From Fidelibacterota bacterium (GTDB lineage Bacteria; Fidelibacterota; Marinisomatia; Marinisomatales; S15-B10): DNA of 12,474 nucleotides. Both the position numbers and the translations under genes were made by a program. The notes below the pieces were generated by a model. That model saw only the letters and a list, made by a program, of their open reading frames with translations. It did no database searches and had not been told where the DNA came from. This document shows, in pieces, positions 6,988-12,474 of this stretch (positions are counted from its first letter, which is position 1; each line of letters opens with the position of its first letter). The stretch is from positions 1-12,474 of the forward strand of contig PBTS01000079.1 of assembly GCA_002729175.1 (NCBI GenBank), given 5' to 3'.

Positions 6988-7992
6988 ATGTTCAGACGAA
7001 CCTGTATCCTGATTCTCACTCTGGCTATCTTTCCGGCAGAAGGGAAAAAAGTCAATATCAAACTTGCGACCCTTGCTGGTCACGGATCCCCATGGGATCT
7101 CCGCTTGCGTGAGATGGGTCAGGATTGGCGTGATGAATCTAACGGTGAGGTTAAACTCACCATCTATCCCGGCGGTGTGGCAGGTGATGAGTCTGCTGTC
7201 ATCCGCAAAATGCGTATCGGTCAACTCAACGCAGCGTCCTTATCTACCAGCGGCCTCGCCTACATTGTACCGGAATTTGCCGCTGTCACTCACATCCCTT
7301 TGCTCTACAACACCGATGAAGAAAAAGATTACGTTCGTGAACAGTTGAGCCCTGAACTGATTCAAAAACTCGAAGAAAAAGGATATATCTTCATTCACTG
7401 GGGAGAGGTGGGTTGGGTGCGCTATTTTGCTCAATCGCCAGTTAAAGTCCCAGACGACTTGAAACAGCATAAATTATTTATCTGGGCTGATGAAGGAACT
7501 GATATTCAAATGTACAAAGCTCTCGGCATGAACCCAATCCCCCTTGCAGCAACTGATCTCACCGTGGCGCTCCAGACCAGTATGGTGACCGCTTTTAGTA
7601 CAACACCATTGCTTGCTTTAGGAAATCAGTGGTTCGCCGGTGCGAAACATATGACAGACGTGAAGTGGGCACCTCTCATGGGCGCAACCATTATGCAGAA
7701 GAAGGTGTGGGATCAGATACCACCCAAGATACAGGAGCTTATACTAACCGCTTCCAAGGAAGCTGAAGTTGAATTGACCGTGGAAATTCGGGAACTGGAC
7801 GACAAAGCGGTGGAAGTGATGTCCGAGTACGGTCTCGTTGCTCATAAGATTACAGATGAAGAATATGCCGAGTGGGAAGCAATAGTAAAGACGGTCTATC
7901 CCTACATTCGCGGGAAGCTTGTCCCTGAAGAAGCGTTCGATAAAGCTGTTCAGCTAAGAAACGATTTCAGAGCTAACCGTTTGTCAAAATAG
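6988..7992 (+). CDS. dctP: TRAP transporter substrate-binding protein, DctP family (TatP/TPAT-like subgroup)
   Basis: Signal peptide, then KLATLAGHGSPW, SNGEVKLTIYPGGVAGDESAVIRKMRIGQL, SPVKVPDDLK and ALQTSMV motifs; 334 aa. Confidence 0.9.
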   Translation: MFRRTCILILTLAIFPAEGKKVNIKLATLAGHGSPWDLRLREMGQDWRDESNGEVKLTIYPGGVAGDESAVIRKMRIGQLNAASLSTSGLAYIVPEFAAVTHIPLLYNTDEEKDYVREQLSPELIQKLEEKGYIFIHWGEVGWVRYFAQSPVKVPDDLKQHKLFIWADEGTDIQMYKALGMNPIPLAATDLTVALQTSMVTAFSTTPLLALGNQWFAGAKHMTDVKWAPLMGATIMQKKVWDQIPPKIQELILTASKEAEVELTVEIRELDDKAVEVMSEYGLVAHKITDEEYAEWEAIVKTVYPYIRGKLVPEEAFDKAVQLRNDFRANRLSK

Positions 7993-8025
7993 CTGCTTCC
8001 CACTCTTCTCTCTTTGCCTATTAAT

Positions 8026-9684
8026 CTATACATACGATTTATAGTGGGGTGAATACATTATCTCTTCTATGTGCTGTTCAAGATTTTCAGGGCGAGGCTG
8101 CGACGCTAAATCGGAGTTATACACTTCTAGCGCAACAGCTAATGCAATCCGTTTAGAGACATTTCTGATCTCAGCTAGCGCCGGGTAAAGTGTTCCCTTC
8201 TCAAGATTTTTATACTCCATCATGTCAGCCAGTGCGTGGGCAGCCGCAAGAAACATTTCATCTGTAACTCGGGTAGCACCACTAGCAATAATCCCCAGCC
8301 CAACGCCAGGGAAAACATATGCGTTGTTACCTTGCCCCGGGTGGTAGGTTTTCCCCTTTAGTCTAACAGTGTCGAAAGGGCTACCGCTGGCAAAAATGGC
8401 TCGCCCTTCAGACCAGCTGTAAGCCTGCTCTGCTGTGCATTCCGATTTCGAGGTTGGGTTAGACAAGGCAAAAATTATTGGTCTATCGTTCTTTTGAGTC
8501 ATATTCCGAACCATTTTTTCTTCAAATGCACCCTCCACCCCCGATACACCAATAACAATGGTTGGTTTTAGTTTCTCTACTGCCGCTGAAAAATTAGTTT
8601 CAACATCAACTTGCTGAGCATACTTCAAATTTGCTTCAGACAAATCTTCTCGATCAGCTGTAATAAGACCACTGGAATCAAATAAGTACAAATTCTTTCT
8701 AGAAATTTTTTCATCTACCCCAGAGTGAATCATTTCCCGGCATAAAATATCAGCAATGCCTATTGCTGCTGAACCCGCACCGCAAAACAAGATTCTCTGC
8801 TTGTCCAAAGATGATTTAATAATACACATGGCGGATAAGAGTCCACCCAATACCACACTGGCAGTTCCTTGAATATCATCATTAAATGTGCAATAATTAT
8901 TTCGATATTTCGTTAGCAACCGCTGAGCATTCCGGTTTGCAAAATCTTCAAACTGGACAAGTACATTAGGGAAAATATGGGCTGTCGCATCCATGAACTC
9001 ATCCAAAAGAGAATCATATTGATCACCAATATCCCTTTTTTGACGCAATCCGATATAAAGGGGATCCTGCAATAGTTCTTCATTGTTTGTCCCGACATCA
9101 ATAGTGATTGGTAATGTTCTTTCTGGATGAATCCCCGCACAAATAGTATAAAGAGATAATTTCCCAACGGGGATACCCATTCCATCGGCACCCAAATCAC
9201 CCAAACCCAAGATCCTTTCTCCATCTGTGACAACAATAACATCAACATTTTTGTGAGGCCAGTTGCTCAATATTTTTTTTATAGACCCTTTATCATTTGA
9301 GGAAATATAAAGTCCTCTTGGACGGCGGAATATATGACCATATTCTTGGCAGGCCTGGCCCACGGTAGGGGTATAGATTATTGGCATGAATTCTTCTATT
9401 TCATCGATAACTAAACGGTAAAACAGCGCTTCGTTCCGATCTTGAAGCGATGTGAGATAAATATATTTGTCAAGATCCGTTGCCTGAACTCTCACGCTAG
9501 CTAAAACTTTTATTTTTTGCTCTTCTTGGGTCATAACAAAAGGAGGCAATAACCCTTCCAGCTGGAGTTGTTTTCTCTCATCAGCTGTAAATGCCGTCCC
9601 TTTATTTAAAAGAGGGTTATGTAAAAGTTCCATTCCTTTGGGAAATGAGAAATCAGAAAGGGATTTCTTCAATTTCTTTTCCAA
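8026..9684 (-). CDS. maeA: NAD(P)-dependent malic enzyme, large-subunit (SfcA/MaeA, eukaryote-like) type
   Basis: Motifs NKGTAFT, PIIYTPTVG, VTDGERILGLGDLG, GIPVGKL, QFEDF, FNDDIQGT, GAGSAAIG, LSNPTSKSEC and QGNNAYVFPG. The start is uncertain (TTG 9684 or TTG 9672). Confidence 0.96.
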   Translation of the reverse strand: MEKKLKKSLSDFSFPKGMELLHNPLLNKGTAFTADERKQLQLEGLLPPFVMTQEEQKIKVLASVRVQATDLDKYIYLTSLQDRNEALFYRLVIDEIEEFMPIIYTPTVGQACQEYGHIFRRPRGLYISSNDKGSIKKILSNWPHKNVDVIVVTDGERILGLGDLGADGMGIPVGKLSLYTICAGIHPERTLPITIDVGTNNEELLQDPLYIGLRQKRDIGDQYDSLLDEFMDATAHIFPNVLVQFEDFANRNAQRLLTKYRNNYCTFNDDIQGTASVVLGGLLSAMCIIKSSLDKQRILFCGAGSAAIGIADILCREMIHSGVDEKISRKNLYLFDSSGLITADREDLSEANLKYAQQVDVETNFSAAVEKLKPTIVIGVSGVEGAFEEKMVRNMTQKNDRPIIFALSNPTSKSECTAEQAYSWSEGRAIFASGSPFDTVRLKGKTYHPGQGNNAYVFPGVGLGIIASGATRVTDEMFLAAAHALADMMEYKNLEKGTLYPALAEIRNVSKRIALAVALEVYNSDLASQPRPENLEQHIEEIMYSPHYKSYV

Positions 9685-9702
9685 CTCCCGTATTAAACGA
9701 GA

Positions 9703-10308
9703 TTACATTTCACCGGCACCAACGGTGCCATGTCCATTGTCCAACCAGTCACCAATAAACTGTTGCGCTTTTCTCATTTCGTCTAGGGAGGCTTGCATTA
9801 CCACCATATCTTGTTCTTTGCCTTCTTGGTCATGCACATAATCCGGTAGCACGCCCTCCACCCTGAAGCCAAGTTTTTGGTAAATATCCATGAGATCTTT
9901 TTGGGGTCTCATAAATTTTGCGATGATTTTTTCCAGATGTTGATCGTGGGCAATATCATACATGTCCTTTGCCAGAACGTATTGAACTCCTGTGCCAATG
10001 TGCATCGGGTCGATCACAAGACGCAGAAAAGCTGAACCACTTTTCCAAAAATCTGTTTCTATTTCTAGAGAAGCATCTCCTACAATTGCATCAGATATAA
10101 GTGCAATCCGGCGGATAATTTTCCCTTTTTCTGATTCCAAGCACCGTTCTTTTAAGTGTTTAATATCCAGAACGTCACTGCGAAAATATTTTCGTTCTGA
10201 TTCCGAAATTGCCTGAAAAAACTTTTGGGACTGTAAAACATCATTATGGTTCAAGTCCCGTACGGTCACTTTTTCTTCATTTGTAAGTCTATAGGTTTTT
10301 TTGTTCAT
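9703..10308 (-). CDS. GNAT-family N-acetyltransferase
   Basis: N-terminal VTVRDL...D, AIVGDASL strand, motif-A-like VIDPMHIGTGV, and C-terminal YQKLGFRVEGVLPDYV...DMVVM. The ATG directly abuts the upstream TAG. Confidence 0.82.
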   Translation of the reverse strand: MNKKTYRLTNEEKVTVRDLNHNDVLQSQKFFQAISESERKYFRSDVLDIKHLKERCLESEKGKIIRRIALISDAIVGDASLEIETDFWKSGSAFLRLVIDPMHIGTGVQYVLAKDMYDIAHDQHLEKIIAKFMRPQKDLMDIYQKLGFRVEGVLPDYVHDQEGKEQDMVVMQASLDEMRKAQQFIGDWLDNGHGTVGAGEM

Positions 10309-11892
10309 CTATATCTCGCCTGCCAATTCTTGAAGCAATCGCCAGTTCGCCAGCCTTTCCTCTTGCGTGCTCTGAATAATTTCGTCTGGTTTCCCGTCTT
10401 TATCGAAGTGCTTGGCAAAGCGACCTTCTGTTTTAGCAAAATAAATAAAATCAATCTGTTCTTTTGTTTTTGGATTCACATGCCAGTCATTATTTTTTGC
10501 TGGATTGCCCTGTAAAGACAATCGCTCTGTAAATCGCTCTCCTTTTGTGGGATCATAAATAAACACTGGGAAGGCTCTTGAATCTGCTGCCAGTTTCGCC
10601 TGATGCATAGCCATATCATCTGCAACACCGTGTTCTGGTTGACAAGTAGTGAATACATTGATTACTGCGGGACCTGGATATTCATTTGCTGCCATGATCG
10701 CTTTGTAAAAATGATTGGTGTGAGCTGCGGTAGTCTGGGCAACAAATACGTCTGGATGCATCATGCAGATATTGGCAACTTCTTTGCGTCTTTCGGTCTT
10801 TCCGTGGATAACCTTACCGTGAAAGGACATCTGTGCGTCTTGACCTTTAAATGATGCCGTAGATGTCTGTCCTCCGGTATTGGAGTACACCTGCGTATCC
10901 AAGATCAGAACATTAATATCCATGCCTGATGCCAACATGCGTGACATGGATTGAAAACCGATATCCACCATGGCGCCATCTCCACCAATAGCCCACAGTT
11001 TTTTATCCTGCCATCCCATCTGATTCCAGCGGGTGCGAATGCCCATGGAGTCCGCAGAAACATTTTCAAACAAGGAATTGGTCCAGGGTACCAGGAATGG
11101 ATTATAGGGGTAGGTGGAACCGTAAACTGTATTGCACCCAGTAGCGGCCACCACTCCAATACTTTCACTGCCATAAACAAATCCCGTGGCGGCCAGCATC
11201 ATTCTCAGGGCCGTTCCTTCTCCGCAACCCATGCAGGATCCAGCACCGCCAGTATACAACATGGAATTACTGGTTAACATCATATCCACCAAGACTTTTT
11301 CGTTAATGTAGTCAGGCGGCGTTTCGCCAAGGGATGTGAAAAAATCAAAAGCCTTCTGATAGGTTGGGATGGTGTTGTCTCCCTTGGTAATCATAGACAG
11401 CGCCTCGTGGTCACCGCAGGCATCCACACATTCAGCGCAACCTTTGCATTTTGTGGGATCAATAAAAATACCAAACTTCGCAGGTTCCTTCCCTTGTTTC
11501 TCCGGCACCTTGGAAAACTTATTTGTTTCGGTCCACTGGTCTGAAATCCAACCTTTGAGATCCCCAGAATCCAGTTGATCAATTGTTTCACTCAATTTTG
11601 ATTCAGGAATCGCTTTCCCAAGAATAGCTGTATCCGGACACTGGGTAACACATTCCATGCAGGCAACACACTTTTCTGATATGAATTCCGGGATCTCGGG
11701 GGCGATATAACTGAAATCACGGAGCTGTGCTGTCCCAGCAGGAATTAGGCTTCTGGCGGTTGAAATATCGGCTGGTAAGCCTTCTTCCGCGGTGCCATCA
11801 TTATAGGCACCGACAATCCGGTCGTTGAAATCCTGAATATCCAACATTTCAAATGCTGTCTTTTTATTTAATTCCGATGTCGGGGCGCTCAT
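10309..11892 (-). CDS. 2-oxoacid (probably pyruvate):ferredoxin oxidoreductase, ferredoxin (2x[4Fe-4S]) plus TPP-binding beta subunit
   Basis: Fe-S motifs CVACMECVTQCP and CKGCAECVDAC. Proximal-cluster Cys in GSCMGCGE, ATGC and TTCQPEHG. TPP motif GGDG...LDTQVYSNTGGQ. Confidence 0.93.
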   Translation of the reverse strand: MSAPTSELNKKTAFEMLDIQDFNDRIVGAYNDGTAEEGLPADISTARSLIPAGTAQLRDFSYIAPEIPEFISEKCVACMECVTQCPDTAILGKAIPESKLSETIDQLDSGDLKGWISDQWTETNKFSKVPEKQGKEPAKFGIFIDPTKCKGCAECVDACGDHEALSMITKGDNTIPTYQKAFDFFTSLGETPPDYINEKVLVDMMLTSNSMLYTGGAGSCMGCGEGTALRMMLAATGFVYGSESIGVVAATGCNTVYGSTYPYNPFLVPWTNSLFENVSADSMGIRTRWNQMGWQDKKLWAIGGDGAMVDIGFQSMSRMLASGMDINVLILDTQVYSNTGGQTSTASFKGQDAQMSFHGKVIHGKTERRKEVANICMMHPDVFVAQTTAAHTNHFYKAIMAANEYPGPAVINVFTTCQPEHGVADDMAMHQAKLAADSRAFPVFIYDPTKGERFTERLSLQGNPAKNNDWHVNPKTKEQIDFIYFAKTEGRFAKHFDKDGKPDEIIQSTQEERLANWRLLQELAGEI

Positions 11893-12473
11893 GCCGGTAC
11901 TCTTTCTTCCTGTTTAACTTCAAACACTTCCGAAAACCCCCGCTTGACCGCATTAAGGTTGTCCTGTACAACCTGCTCACCCCGCTTGCTAAAATATTTC
12001 CGCAGTGATTTTTCAACTCCCTGCATCAGCTGTTCTTCACTGATCCCAGACCGTTCGAGAAACGGTGTTGCTTTTAAAAAAATCCCCAGTAGCACAATCC
12101 CTTGCATTCGCTGTATCAAGTCTGGTCGAGAAGAAACCTCTTTTGCAATTTTCACTGTATCAAGGGCATAAACAGTGATCCGGTTCTCCCGTATCGTTTT
12201 CTGGGCCCATTTGGGAATATCGGTCCAAATCTCTTCCAGGGATGTTTTCGGAGTTTGGACAAACAATATGCCGCCCTGCTGAAGTCCTTTAAGTGGGTTG
12301 GCCAAATTAAATGCATTCACATCATTCAAGGGGACAAATTCAACAAATTCCAATTCGTTGTGTGTCCTAATACGGTTGGGGCTCACCGTTAAATAGTAGG
12401 TGGTGGGCAAACCTTTTTTCTCTGACCCATATTTTGGATAGGCTTGGACATACATATCAAACAATTCCGCCAC
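11889..12473 (-). CDS. 2-oxoacid:ferredoxin oxidoreductase, C-terminal gamma-type (CoA-binding) domain of the upstream subunit; 5'-truncated by the window edge
   Basis: The frame is open to the window end. Gamma-domain motifs YPKYGSEKKGLPTTYYL, GLQQGG, GIVLLG and VVQDNLNAVKRGF. ATGA overlap with the beta subunit gene. Confidence 0.88.
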   Translation of the reverse strand: MAELFDMYVQAYPKYGSEKKGLPTTYYLTVSPNRIRTHNELEFVEFVPLNDVNAFNLANPLKGLQQGGILFVQTPKTSLEEIWTDIPKWAQKTIRENRITVYALDTVKIAKEVSSRPDLIQRMQGIVLLGIFLKATPFLERSGISEEQLMQGVEKSLRKYFSKRGEQVVQDNLNAVKRGFSEVFEVKQEERVPA

Positions 12474-12474
12474 A

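Noticed and set aside
7993..8025. Intrinsic terminator between convergent dctP and malic enzyme
   Set aside because: The gap is pyrimidine-rich, but I find no stem-loop.
6988..9684. DctP as a malate/C4-dicarboxylate receptor feeding the adjacent malic enzyme
   Set aside because: The genes are convergent rather than co-transcribed, and the binding protein lacks the carboxylate-binding Arg.
11889..11892. Frameshift/pseudogene or selenocysteine read-through at the PFOR junction
   Set aside because: The ATGA overlap falls at a domain boundary, the downstream gene is in a different frame, and all cofactor motifs are intact.
454..12392. The many short alternative ORFs in the track (e.g. 454-801, 2002-2325, 2762-3169, 6220-6552, 6937-7224, 8913-9248, 10951-11277, 12102-12392)
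   Set aside because: All lie antisense to, or out of frame within, longer genes with clear family motifs. None has recognisable motifs of its own.

Overview
Gene-dense bacterial chromosomal window with 13 supportable CDS, two of them cut by the window edges. I see no rRNA, tRNA, CRISPR array or mobile element. Left to right: (i) a 5'-truncated class V PLP enzyme (+). (ii) A translationally coupled minus-strand operon that converges on it: sphingosine/diacylglycerol-kinase-family lipid kinase, then an unknown exported membrane protein, an APC amino-acid permease, and an amidinotransferase/deiminase-fold enzyme. (iii) A stand-alone PolB-type 3'-5' exonuclease (-). (iv) A divergent plus-strand unit of two uncharacterised lipoproteins (the first SmpA/BamE-like) followed by an orphan TRAP binding protein that lacks the usual carboxylate-binding Arg. 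(v) The distal end of a minus-strand central-metabolism operon: a split 2-oxoacid (probably pyruvate):ferredoxin oxidoreductase, then a GNAT acetyltransferase, then malic enzyme. The best candidates for undescribed biology are the lipoprotein pair plus atypical TRAP protein, the GNAT wedged between PFOR and malic enzyme, and the lipid-kinase/permease/amidino-enzyme operon. All family calls come from motif recognition by eye; no database search was run.
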